From Neocallimastix sp. 'constans' (taxonomy: Eukaryota): DNA of 64,000 nt. How positions within the stretch are numbered: the first letter of the stretch is position 1; every line of letters starts with the position of its first letter. Of this stretch, positions 45,277 to 57,818 are shown piece by piece. The stretch is from NCBI GenBank assembly GCA_050613775.1, contig JBODTK010000117.1:434001-498000 (forward strand). Direction: 5' to 3'. Below the pieces are notes generated by a model. That model was given only the letters and a program-made list of their open reading frames with translations. It made no database searches and had not been told where the DNA came from. The translations under genes and the position numbers were made by a program.

Positions 45277-46935
45277 CTTGAGTCTTAGCGGGGGCATCTT
45301 AATACAGAATGAACAAATAATACTAATTGTGCTAGAATAATATAAATTATTCTAACCTTATAGATTATTCTATTCTATATAATTGGAACTTTCCAATATT
45401 CTTCAAATATTACTAAATAGAAATCTTAAGTTAATAAATCACTAATTAACTTATAATTCCTTTTTGAATTATCGATCCGATTCCATTATAATGTATTAAA
45501 AATCTTTAGCCAAGAATATTGTCCTTGCCCACTTAATATATTAATATTATATTTCTTTTGTATTATGTTATATTGAAAATAATCAAATCTATTTAATTAG
45601 TTATTAAAATTTTCGTTATCAATTTAAATTTATTTTTAATTACTAAATTTAACTAAACCACAATAAAATATTCTGTATAATCTCTTTATTTTTATTTTAT
45701 ATATATTAGTATTAAACTATTATTAAATAATTAATAATTAATATATAACTACTATTTATAACAATAATATTATTAACTAAAATAATAATTCAATTTCAAT
45801 TTAAATGTTTTATTTATAAAAATAATTAGTAATTAGTTTATTAAAAAAATAGTTAGGCTTTACAAATTTTAATTTGATAAAAAAATATAAATACATGTAA
45901 TTTTAGTGAAATAAAATATAATCAATAACTTTCTTTTTATTAAATAAATAATTATATTATTATTTTTTTTTAAATTTAAATAAATAAATATTGATTTTAA
46001 AACAAATTATTTTTTTTTTATTATTGTAATTTTATTATTTGTGTTAATTATTATTATATTCCTAAAATTATATGAACCATACCAGATATGGTAAAGAACG
46101 AACATATAATGGATTATTAATTAGAATTTCAACTTACTTTAGAATCCATTATATTATTCTTTACTTAATATTACTTTACTATATTTTCTATACTAAAATA
46201 TTTTCTAAATATATTTATTTTTTTTTATATTTTTATTAAAAGTTTCTAAAATATTATCAATAATTTTATATTTTTATTATTAATATCAATATCTATAATT
46301 TAACCTTAAATTTTATTATTTTATTAAAGTGTTTATTATCAATATTAATATTTTATTTTTATTTTCAAATATATTATTATATTATTATTATATTGTATCA
46401 ATATTAAACTTGTATTCTTTTTAGTATTTTATTTTATTTTTAAATTGATTATTTTATATTTTTATTCCCCACAAATAAAATCAAATCTTAATTGATTAAT
46501 AATAAATATTAAATATATTATAGTTTTTAAATTTATTTTATATAAAATATAAGAATATTATATTAACATTCTTGATTAAAATAACTTTATTTTTCTGTAA
46601 AATCTTTTTAAATTTTGTTTGTTACTTTTCGTATATATTAAATAATTTAGTTTTAGTATATGAAAAATAATATAAAATTATGTAAACAAAATTTATTAAA
46701 ATAAAAATACTTATGAATTAGTTAATTTAAATTAATATAAAATTTTAAGTAATTAGTAATAGTAAATATTTTTTTTTAAATATGATAATAAAATGTAGAA
46801 AGGCTTTACATATTTATTTTTTTTCAAAAAGTATAAATAAGTGAAGTTTTTCAATAATTAAAATGTAGACAGAAAAAATATTAAAAATAAATAATTAAAT
46901 AAAATTCTAATAAAACCCGAACCATAACATAATTT

Positions 46936-47790
46936 ATGGTGGAGATATCGGGGAAAATTTCAAAGGAAAATCTCGATATTAAATCTTGGGAATCAGAAAT
47001 CCGATTATGGATAAAACTTGAGGAAGTTACTGATCCCAAAAAGATTTTTACCGCCTGCTTACTCACGTCTACTGGAGAGCCTCGCGAAGTTATCCAGGAT
47101 TTAATTGAAAGTTACAGTACCGATTCTGAATCAGAAAGTGAGGACGAAGAAGAAGAAGAATCTGATTCAGAAGAAAAGAAAAAAGATGAATATCCTTCCT
47201 TAAAGGAAATTGTAGAAGCAATAGAAACTTTTTATGGTCTTAAAGAAGACCAGAATATGTTACTTCGTGAGCTCCGTGCTTTAAGAATTAAAAGAAATGA
47301 GCGAGTAAAAGACTTTAATACTCGTTTCCGATCCATATATTTGAAATTAGATAAGAAAAGAAAGAAGCGAGTCAGTGTTCTCGATTATATTGATGCTCTT
47401 AGGAACAATGAAGAAGCTTGGAAAAAGGTCTCCCTTAAGGATGACATTTCTTTAAATCGGGCGTTTGACATTGCCGAAAAAGTTGATAGAGTAATGAATT
47501 TGAGACCCTCAAAAGAGTACTCAACTGAAATTGTCAACCCAAGAATAAATATCAGGAATAATTATCAAAACAACAGAAAGGTAGTAAGAGAGAATTATGA
47601 AGTTAGAAGCCCAAAAAGAAATAAAGATTACGAATTGGAGGACTTAACAAAAAAAATGAAAAATCTTACCATTAAAACCTGTTTTTATTGTAGCGATCCA
47701 GGACATTTGCAGTATAATTGTCCTAAGTTAAATGCAATTATTCAAGAAAATAAGAAACGGTTATATAGTGGAAAATCTTTAAACCACTAA
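46936..47790 (+). CDS. gag: G3 Gag, N-terminally truncated and fused to the PBS
   Basis: ATG overlaps the PBS; CFYCSDPGHLQYNC. Confidence 0.85.
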   Translation: MVEISGKISKENLDIKSWESEIRLWIKLEEVTDPKKIFTACLLTSTGEPREVIQDLIESYSTDSESESEDEEEEESDSEEKKKDEYPSLKEIVEAIETFYGLKEDQNMLLRELRALRIKRNERVKDFNTRFRSIYLKLDKKRKKRVSVLDYIDALRNNEEAWKKVSLKDDISLNRAFDIAEKVDRVMNLRPSKEYSTEIVNPRINIRNNYQNNRKVVRENYEVRSPKRNKDYELEDLTKKMKNLTIKTCFYCSDPGHLQYNCPKLNAIIQENKKRLYSGKSLNH

Positions 47791-47972
47791 AAGGGAGAGG
47801 AAGCACTCCCTATAAAAATAAAATAGCTTCATTACAATACAAATCCATTCCTAGTAGTACAAATGATTATAATAAGGAAGAAAAAGAAGATGCTTCCTAT
47901 ACTAATGAAACTCACAAAGAATCCGATAATGAGAATGATGTAGAATTTATAGTTAGTGCGACAAAAAGGAAG

Positions 47973-50660
47973 TTGACGACTAACGATGAAACTAGTGAAA
48001 ATAATGAAAAGAGACAACGTAAAAGTCTCAAAGATAATCCTACCCCTATAACAACTCCTGCAATAAGAAAGATAAAAGAGAAGGAAATAGAAAATAGAAT
48101 AATTGTTAAAAATAAAAATCAACTACATCCTTCGATAATGGCGCAGCCTAATATAAATATTGAGAAAGCCAAAGAAAAACAAATTCGGAATAAAGAAAGA
48201 GCTAACTTTGGAAATAACAAGGGAAAAAGGAAGGAAAGGGAGGATAATATTACTATAAGAGAAAAGCAAAGTCTGGATTCTTCAAAACAAAGAAATAGCA
48301 TCAGTACTACTAGTGATAAAATGCATCAACGATTAAATAAATTAATTGATAATGAAAACGATAAAATTATTAAAACAAAACAAATCAATGAAATGGAAGT
48401 TATTGAAGTTCCTGAAAAGCTTAATGACGAAGGTCATGAGAATATTACATTACAGAAGCTCATAGATTTTCAAGAGCCTAAAGAAAAAGCAACAATTAGT
48501 AGAACGCTTAGGAACATCAAGATGTGTAAGGATCAGGAAGAATATAATGTTTTACAAGATTTGAATGAAACCAAGTGTAATATTAGTTTCGGTCAGCTCC
48601 TCAATGTCTCTCCAAAAGTCAGAAGTCAAGTAAGTCAAGGATTAAAATTAGAAAAACCTGAAAAGAAAATAATAGGTGCATTAAACAATACTATTGCTGC
48701 TGCTACCTTGGTAAATAATATTGATCACTCTTATATTAGCAAAAGTAAGGAAACCTCAGAAGAAGATATTGCCATGGTTGATGTAACAGTAGATGAAATT
48801 CCTGGTAAAGCAATAATTGATTCTTGTAGCAATCTCAATGTTATCACAAAAAAATTTTATGAGAAATTACCTGGAAATTATGAAGAAGTAGGTATTAGTC
48901 GTGGAAGGATACGTTTAGCGACTAAGAATGATGAGTATTCGGAAGGAATCATTGTACGAATACCTGTTAAGATTAATGATTATAAAATGATAGTAGATTT
49001 TCGAATAATTGATGATGATGACCCATTTTATGATTTGTTGATTAATTTTCAAACTCAAGTAGAACACAATCTTTTTATCCATCCTATAAGATATAGTTTA
49101 TGTCAATTTAATTCTCAAGGACTAATCGACGTTATAGCTCCTATTAATAATAATTTCCAAGAAGAAGAAAAATTAGTATGTATAGTAAGGAAAATACTTG
49201 AAGATGAAGACACAACTAATGAATTAAAGAAACTTGAAGGTCTATCTCCTCAAGAGTATATCCATGATGAAAAATTTTTAGCAAGCCTTTGTAAAGATTA
49301 TAAAGATGTAATAGTAAAATTACTTGAAGAAAACTTGGACATTATAGCGACATCTTCTGAAGAATTAACACCGTCAGACTTGGCCCCTCATAAAATTAAC
49401 TTGAAAGCGAACGCAAAACCTGTTAAACAAAGATGTTACAGAGTAACCAAATTTAAATCTGATATTATTAAAGAAGAACTAATTAAACTTATTAAGAAAA
49501 AGCTAGTTGTACCATCATATTCAGAATGGTCTTCACCTGTTGTTGTGGTCCCAAAGGCTAATGGAAAATGGAGATTGTGTGTGGACTACCGCAAGGTGAA
49601 TGATCTAACCGAAAAAGACTCTTATGCCCTTCCTTATATTGACGAGATATTTGACAGTCTAGATGGTGCCAAAATCTTTACTACTATGAATCTATACTCA
49701 GGTTACCATCAAATCCTAATGGACGAAGAAAGTGTTGAAATAACCAGTTTTACAACCAAATTTGGCAACTACCAATTCAAAGTTATGCCTTTTGGATTAA
49801 CTGGAGCTCCGGCTACCTTCCAACGGGAAATGAATAGAATTTTATTTCCTTTAATTGGAAAATGTGTTTTCAACTTTATTGATGATATACTTATATATTC
49901 AAAAACTGTCGAAGAACATATCCAACACATAAAACAAGTATTAGCAATCTTCAAGGAACATAAATTAAAAATTAATATTGAAAAATGTCACTTTATGCAA
50001 ACGGAAGTTGAAGTTCTTGGTCACAAGATTTCTACTAAGGGTCTTAGTCCTCAAAATAGTAAAATTGAAGCAATTAAAGCCTGGAAAGAACCCACGAATA
50101 TACATGAGTTAAGATCATTCTTAGGTGCTGTAGGATATTATAGGAACTTTATAAATGAATATGCTCAAACCTCAGCTCCTCTTTGTAAGCTATTAAGAAA
50201 AGGCGTAAAATATAAATGGAATAATGAACAAAAACAAAGTTTTACCAAATTAAAAGAAAAATTAATTAATGCTCCTATTTTAAAATATCCTGATTTTTCC
50301 AAAGAATTCATTATTCGAACAGATGCATCATATGAAGGTATTGGTGGAGTTTTATTGCAGAAAGACGAATCGGAAATAGAACACCCGATTCATTTCATTA
50401 GCCGTAGCTTAACCAAAGCAGAAAAGAATTATGGAATAACCGATTTGGAAGGAACGGCTTTATATTATTGTATTACTAAATTAAAACCTTATATTATGGG
50501 AAGCCCCTTTAGAACCATAGTTTTTACAGATCACAAACCTCTACTAGGTTTATTTAATAATAAGGAACCGAATAATGCACGACAAACAAGATGGTGTTTG
50601 ACTGCAAGTATGCTAAAAGTGGATATTCGCTATGAGCAAGGTAAAAAGAATGTAGTAGCC
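47973..50660 (+). pseudogene. pol: G3 Pol 5' part (PR-RT-RH), interrupted by E5
   Basis: IIDSCS, FIDD, TDAS; KKNVVA|DALSR split at the tagcc TSD; first RT Asp replaced by Asn. Confidence 0.92.
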
Positions 50661-51199
50661 TGTAACGGAGGTGCTTCTATTGTAACGGCGGGACGGGGTA
50701 TAGAAACACACAAAAGAAGAAAACTCAATAGGTTTACACTATCTGTATAAATAATTCGTTTTATTAGAAATATTTTTTATTAATTATAAAATTTAAAATA
50801 ATTATTAATATTAATCAACAAGGTAATATTTCGAATTACTTATACGTTAATTATTATTAATAAAAGCACGAAGAAAAATATTTTCATTCGTGAAGTTCGC
50901 ACTATTTATACTTTTAACGGAAAAACAGTTTTAACATGTAAAAATAATTTTAAAGAAATATTTAGAAATATATTTGTAATAATTAATAATGTAAAGTTTC
51001 TAGAATATAGATTTTAATTGATGAAAATGAATCTTATCAAAAAAGAATAAAATAATTTATATAATAAGAATTTCTAAATTCATTTCGGTTGAATTACGAA
51101 CCGAAAGAATCTTTAACTTTCTATAATTTTATACAGAAAGAATATTCAAGAAGATATTATTAATAATTAATAAAATAATTAATAAAATAATTATTTATG

Positions 51200-51277
51200 C
51201 AAAATGGGTTGAGGTGTGAGTCGAACCCATGAAGTATTGGTCATGGTCAATGTAACTAACCATTGAACCAAGGTTCT
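51200..51277 (-). promoter_or_regulatory. tRNA-like Pol III A/B-box cassette in E5 LTR (second copy ~56472-56549)
   Basis: Minus strand TGGTTCAATGG (A box), GGTTCGACTC (B box) 44 nt apart, then TTTT. Confidence 0.75.
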
Positions 51278-51617
51278 AATTTTACTAACTGAGGATTTCG
51301 TTACATGGTCCGCCTCCAGGATTCGGATACCAGACGAATCTAACAGTTAGGCATAACTTATACTAAAATTAAGCAAACTAAACTAAACTAAAATAAAATA
51401 AAATAAAATAAAAATAATAATTAACCATTTTATAGTACGAACTTTTTTGAATAAAATTACATGATATTAATAAAGTTACATGAATATAATGTATAATAAG
51501 AATACATGAATATTAATAATATTTAATAATATAAAATAATATTTAGTAATATTGATATTAATAAATTAATATAAGTTTGATATTAATAAAGTAAAGATTC
51601 ATTTTCAAGTTTTAATT

Positions 51618-54062
51618 TTAGTTATTTTTGTTAAATTCTTTTAAGAGTTTAGGGCAATTTAAATTTTCTTCGGGTTCCCAAGATGCTTCAGATAAAGGAT
51701 AACCTTTCCATTTAATAAGATATTGGGTTTTGCCATAATGTTTCCTTTTATCAAGAATTTTTTCAACTTCGTATTCTTCTTCATTGTCAATAATTATCGG
51801 TGGTGGTGGTTCTTTCTTTCGTCCAAAGTGATCTTCATAAAATGGTTCAAGTTCAGAAACATGTATTACAGGATGGATTCTGATTTCTTTTGGTAAGTCT
51901 AACTTATATGAAACGGGAGAAATTTTCTTAATGATTTTATATGGACCAAGTTTTCTAGGTTTAAGTTTTTTATTTCCATTATGAATTATAAGTGAACTAT
52001 TAATCCACACTTTATCACCAGGTTTAAAATTTGGAGCTTCAATACGATGTTTGTTTGCGAATTCTTCTTGCTTTTTTCTTGCTTGTTGTAAATTTCCATT
52101 AAGTGTTTTGAATAATTCTGAAAGGTCTTTTGTAAATTCATCAGCTCTAGGAACATCTGTACTGTTTGGAATTGATGGTGAATATCTTGGATTATATCCA
52201 TAGTTTGCATAAAAAGGTGAGTGCTTAATTGATTCTTGAATTGAATTATTATAACTGAATTCTGCTAGGAATAAAAAATTATACCAATCAGAACCTTTAA
52301 AGTTTGAATAACATCTTAAGTATTGTTCAATAACGGAGTTCACCCTCTCCGTTAAACCATTGGTTTGGTGATGGAAGGGAGAAGCAAGTTTTGTTGTAAT
52401 ATTGAAGGATTTACAAATAGTTGACCAAAATTTTGAAGTGAATTGAGTATCTTTATCGGAAAAAAAATCGGAGGGTGGTTTATGAATACGAAAGAGATCA
52501 TTTAGGTCTTTCTTGGGAACAAATAAAATAGAAGCGGCAGCTGGAGATTTAGATTTACTAATAAATTTTTTGTCTTCATTTTCTTTAATATATTTCTTCG
52601 AAGCTAGAGGTTCTTTTTCAGTTAAGGGGTAGATTGGGTCATAATGAAGTTTTTCATTTTGTTTGAGTTTAATCTCGCTATCAAAAGGACAATAAGGAGG
52701 TGATTCATTAGTGTATATTTTACTGAAAGTGTCTATAAAGGGAAGTAATTTTTTTGGTAATGATTTGCTTATTTTATTATTGATTTCTTCATTTTCATTT
52801 TTGTCATTTTGTTTAGTAGTATTTAAAGGAACATAAGAAGTAAAGGAGTTAGGGATGATTAAACAATTTTCAATGCAATAATTGGAATTAAATCTTAAGA
52901 CTTTATTTTTGAAGTCAATGTCGGGATTGTGAGTAAAAATCCATTCGAAACCTAAAATAGCACAATAAGAAGGAAGGTCAACCACATAGAATTGAGTCTT
53001 ACATTTATGGTTATTATAAGTGATAGAAATAGGAAGAGTTTTTCCAAGAATAGTTTGCTTTCCACCAATGCCAGATACCTTAGGAAAATTAGTTTTGGTT
53101 GAATACGGGATATTATTTTCTTTAACATAGTAGATATCCATTAAATTGATTTGAGAACCAGTATCGAGAAGAATTTTAGCAGTAGAATTTGTATTATCAA
53201 TACTTAAAGAAAATTCGTAAATAGGAAGATTTGAGTTAGAAACTCTAGGTCTAGAAATAGGTTTTGATTCGGGATTAGAAACATAAGTGCTACTTGATGA
53301 AGGTTTATTTTTATTTTTATATTTATTTTTAAGTGGACAATTGTCGAGAGAATGTTCAGAGGATCCACAATACAAACAAAGATTTTCTCTTCTTCTTCTT
53401 TCTTTTTCTTCTTGAGATAGAGGTCCATGAGGTTTGGATTTAAATTGCTTTTGGAAAAAGAATGATTTTTTGCCTTTTTTATTTTTATTATTAGTACTAT
53501 TATTTGAATTTTGACCTTGAAGATTGGAGAATTGTCTGTGAGTAGAAATACGATTATCGATTCTCGATGCAATTGTTTGCATAGCAAAGAGGGTTTGAGG
53601 TCCAGGAAACATTTCTAAAATTCTAGTAGCAATATGGTCATGTAGACCGGCAAGAAAGGCGTCCATCTTGGCTTCTTCATTCCAAGAAGATTCATCGGCG
53701 TATTTATTAAATTCTAAAATATAATTTCTGACTTCACCAATTCGTTTTTGTTTGATTGTTCTTAATTTCTGGTTGGCAATAAAGGTAGAATCATAACTTC
53801 CAAATACTGATTTTAGTCTTGCAATGAATTGATTATAATTAAGGAGACAAGGATCTTGATTTTCAATGAGAGTAGCAGCCCAATTCATGGCGTTTCCATA
53901 CAAACGAGAAATGATATAGATTACTTTAGCTTCATCGTTTGCAAATCTTTCTGGTTGAATCATAAAAATAAGTTCCATTTTAGCTAGAAATCCTTTAAAG
54001 AATCGACGATCACCAGCAAAACCGTCCTTAAAAGTAGGATTTTCTTGATAATAGTTGTCCAT
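51618..54062 (-). CDS. E5 Gag-protease-(RT/RH deleted)-partial integrase-chromodomain fusion
   Basis: [22 protein letters not shown] start ILFVPKKD joined to [47 protein letters not shown]. Confidence 0.92.
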   Translation of the reverse strand: MDNYYQENPTFKDGFAGDRRFFKGFLAKMELIFMIQPERFANDEAKVIYIISRLYGNAMNWAATLIENQDPCLLNYNQFIARLKSVFGSYDSTFIANQKLRTIKQKRIGEVRNYILEFNKYADESSWNEEAKMDAFLAGLHDHIATRILEMFPGPQTLFAMQTIASRIDNRISTHRQFSNLQGQNSNNSTNNKNKKGKKSFFFQKQFKSKPHGPLSQEEKERRRRENLCLYCGSSEHSLDNCPLKNKYKNKNKPSSSSTYVSNPESKPISRPRVSNSNLPIYEFSLSIDNTNSTAKILLDTGSQINLMDIYYVKENNIPYSTKTNFPKVSGIGGKQTILGKTLPISITYNNHKCKTQFYVVDLPSYCAILGFEWIFTHNPDIDFKNKVLRFNSNYCIENCLIIPNSFTSYVPLNTTKQNDKNENEEINNKISKSLPKKLLPFIDTFSKIYTNESPPYCPFDSEIKLKQNEKLHYDPIYPLTEKEPLASKKYIKENEDKKFISKSKSPAAASILFVPKKDLNDLFRIHKPPSDFFSDKDTQFTSKFWSTICKSFNITTKLASPFHHQTNGLTERVNSVIEQYLRCYSNFKGSDWYNFLFLAEFSYNNSIQESIKHSPFYANYGYNPRYSPSIPNSTDVPRADEFTKDLSELFKTLNGNLQQARKKQEEFANKHRIEAPNFKPGDKVWINSSLIIHNGNKKLKPRKLGPYKIIKKISPVSYKLDLPKEIRIHPVIHVSELEPFYEDHFGRKKEPPPPIIIDNEEEYEVEKILDKRKHYGKTQYLIKWKGYPLSEASWEPEENLNCPKLLKEFNKNN

Positions 54063-55101
54063 ATTAAAATAAATAAGGTAAAGTAGAATAAGTTTTCAAA
54101 GGTAAAGAATAGGCGGTAGAATCCAGAAGTTCCCAAAGTGGTAGTAGAGATTCCAATAATCCAAAAGGTAGTATATAGGTAGCAAAATTCCGAGAATTCA
54201 AAAGTTGTTTATTGGTAGGTTTCCAAGGTTAATGGATAAGAACACAAAATTTTAATAACACTTTATAATATTTTATAATTAAATATTTTTATTTTATAAT
54301 TATTTATCAAAAATTACTGAAATATAAACTAGATTATATAGTATTGGACCAACTAAATATATAATCTATCAAAGTTTTATACGATAAGTTCCTTTAGCCT
54401 TTTAGTGATAACGCAGATAAAATCGATTGTTAATGTCTTATAGACAAAAGGAAGTAATATTGTTAGATTCTTTATTATGTCTAACTTATTGTTAGCTGAA
54501 AAGAATAAAACAAATTATTTTCCCCTATATCAATAGTATCTGAACACTAAAATGTTACGAAAACAGAGACCAACTTCTGTCGCTTTGGAAGTCGTATAAA
54601 CCTTATATTTATATTTTAATCTTTGTTTTCTTAATTATAAAATTATAATATTAATTATAAAATTATTGATTGATAAAATAGAATAGTACTATTGACTCAC
54701 AACTATAGAAAAAACCGTCAGTACTATTATAACTAGTGCCGCGAGTAAGCACGAAATAAAATTTTAAAATACTATATAATTTTAATCTTACGCCTTCGGT
54801 GACGTAAGCTCCTTATTCGCCAGAGTTGTTGCAAACCTAGAACCGTTTTCCTTTATAATAGGCTACGGTGCTCTCTTATAGAGTTTTACCTAGTCTAGAA
54901 CCAAATCTATTCGTCGAGTGCAACACTAAAGAAGACAATTCTTCTAACTCTGTATATGAGCTCTATTCGCTCGTATAAACGCTTTTTAAATAAATAAATA
55001 AAAAATAAAATGGCACAGGTTTTTCTTGCTATTATTTCAAGCAAGTAATTTATTAAAATAATTAAAAATAAAAATTATTATAATTATTAATATTATTATT
55101 A

Positions 55102-55150
<49 letters not shown>

Positions 55151-55403
55151 CTAAGCTAATTTAAAAAATTATTATTTTTGTTATAAATTAAATGAAAATT
55201 TTTTTTTTTTTTTTTTTTTTTTTTATCTAAAACTAATAGATTTATTCACTAAATTAATCTAAAATATTTATCTAAAAATTAAAAATTTTTTTCTTATTAA
55301 ATTAATTTAATATTATTTATCTAATTATTAATTAATTTTGCTGGGTAAATATTAGAATTAATTTTGAAGGGTTAAGGTAATACAAGATTAATTTAATATT
55401 ATC

Positions 55404-55440
<37 letters not shown>

Positions 55441-56582
55441 GTTAAGGTAATGTAAGTTTTATCTTAATAGGGTAGTACAAGTTTAATTTGAATTATATGA
55501 TCGGGTAGTACAAGAATTTTTTTTATAAAAATTAATTTCAACAACCATAGGATTAGGATTATCCGGTAATATAATAGATACAAAGGATTGAATTATATAA
55601 TAGTGAGGGTAACTCAAAACAGACAAGGTGATAATTTGAATAGGAATCAATAGGCAGTAATTATTCGTCTGGGAGGAGATAGAATCCGAGATTAAAAGAT
55701 ATAGAAGTCCGGTATTAAAGAGATAGTAGATAAGAAGATTTATTCAAAGATTATTAGACTAAGATAGAGAGAACCGGAAGAATAGGTATTTGTTCTTTAA
55801 TAGTAGAATAGTAAAAGTAGAAACCCAACGATTGCCAAAAGATATTGAGAAGGTAGAATTCCTAAAAGTACGGTAGAATGTCTGAGAAATAGCGTAAAGG
55901 TATTGAGGGCTTGGATTAGCAGGTGCTTTTATTGTAACGGAGGTGCTTCTATTGTAACGGCGGGACGGGGTATAGAAACACACAAAAGAAGAAAACTCAA
56001 TAGGTTTACACTATCTGTATAAATAATTCGTTTTATTAGAAATATTTTTTATTAATTATAAAATTTAAAATAATTATTAATATTAATCAACAAGGTAATA
56101 TTTCGAATTACTTATACGTTAATTATTATTAATAAAAGCACGAAGAAAAATATTTTCATTCGTGAAGTTCGCACTATTTATACTTTTAACGGAAAAACAG
56201 TTTTAACATGTAAAAATAATTTTAAAGAAATATTTAGAAATATATTTGTAATAATTAATAATGTAAAGTTTCTAGAATATAGATTTTAATTGATGAAAAT
56301 GAATCTTATCAAAAAAGAATAAAATAATTTATATAATAAGAATTTCTAAATTCATTTCGGTTGAATTACGAACCGAAAGAATCTTTAACTTTCTATAATT
56401 TTATACAGAAAGAATATTCAAGAAGATATTATTAATAATTAATAAAATAATTAATAAAATAATTATTTATGCAAAATGGGTTGAGGTGTGAGTCGAACCC
56501 ATGAAGTATTGGTCATGGTCAATGTAACTAACCATTGAACCAAGGTTCTAATTTTACTAACTGAGGATTTCGTTACATAGCC

Positions 56583-57818
56583 GACGCTTTATCTAGAATG
56601 AAGAACGATAAGGAACAAAAGGTATTAGCTATAAAAACGAATAAAGATGATGAAAATGATTCACTTTCTAAAGTAATTAAAGAATTTATTGAAGAAAAAT
56701 TTACAAAGATTGATGGTATAGATTATTTTATAGATGGAAATAATTATAGAAAACTTGTTACCGAAACAAATGAAAAACTAAAATTAATTCTCGAAGCACA
56801 TCATGTTGGCCATGAAGGTTATTATAAAACATATCAAAGACTTAGAAAAAGTTACTACTGGAATGATATGGTCAACGATATAAAACGGATAATTTCAAAA
56901 TGCGAAAAATGTCAGTTAAATCGCCCTCAGCCATATCCAGAACCAACCGAAAACATTCCAACAGAAGTTGAAGGCCCTTTTACTCATCTTGGACTTGATA
57001 TTATTGGTCCCTTAATAAAAACTGGTAATAAAAACCAATATATCATTGTTGCGGTGGATTATTTCACAAAGTGGGTGGAGGCTGAACCTACTGAAAATAT
57101 TACATCTAAGGACATTATTAAGTTTTTAATAAATGTTTTCGCTAGACATGGAGTTCCTCAAGTCATTACAACGGATAATGGCGTTCAATTCGCATCGGAT
57201 ATGACTAAAATATTCCTGGACTTATATGATGTTTACGTAAAATTTACCACTACCTATCACCCAGAAAGTAATGGATTGGTTGAAAATAGGAATAAAGAAA
57301 TTGGTAAATTATTGAGATTACTTGGTGAAGAAAATAAAGACTGGGATGAGGTATTACCTTCAGCCTTGTGGGCCCTTAGAACTACAAAGAATTCTGTAAC
57401 CAAACATTCTAGCTTCGAATTAGTTTATGGTCGTGAGGATCAACAGCCTTTCGACATTGCTGCTAGACCTACACAAGGAGTGAATAAATCTTCAGATGAA
57501 ATTCTTTTAGAAAAATTTATCTCACATTATAGGTGGACCATGGAAGCAGCTGAAAATGTAAAGAACGCAAGTAAATATTGGGCCAATCGAAGGGAAGAAA
57601 AAAATAGCATGAAAAATTCCAAAAACATAAGAATCGGTGATTTAGTTCTTGTTCGAAATTTTAGTCGTTCTAAATTAGAACCTTATTTTGTCGGTCCTTT
57701 AAAAGTAATAAAAAAACAATTTAATACCGTAACACTTGCGGACCCAAATACTATGATTCAAATGAATCGTAATGTTCATTTGAAAAATATAGTAAAGTAT
57801 AACTCAGCTATAGATTAG
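56583..57818 (+). pseudogene. pol: G3 Pol 3' part (integrase)
   Basis: Resumes DALSRMK after the TSD; HHCC and DDE; ORF track 56598-57818. Confidence 0.92.

Larger units (their letters stand above)
39084..46084 (+). mobile_element. G2: intact Ty3/gypsy element, tRNA-Ala PBS, LTRs begin TA
   Basis: 785-bp LTRs 39084-39868 and 45300-46084; TSD gata; PBS 39877-39893. Confidence 0.96.
50661..56577 (-). mobile_element. E5: non-autonomous chromovirus-type LTR element (RT/RH deleted), self-priming
   Basis: 645-bp LTRs 50661-51305 and 55933-56577 (no differences seen); 5-bp TSD tagcc. Confidence 0.95.

Noticed and set aside
51200..51277. Functional tRNA gene in the LTR
   Set aside because: Acceptor and anticodon stems do not pair; only promoter boxes are retained
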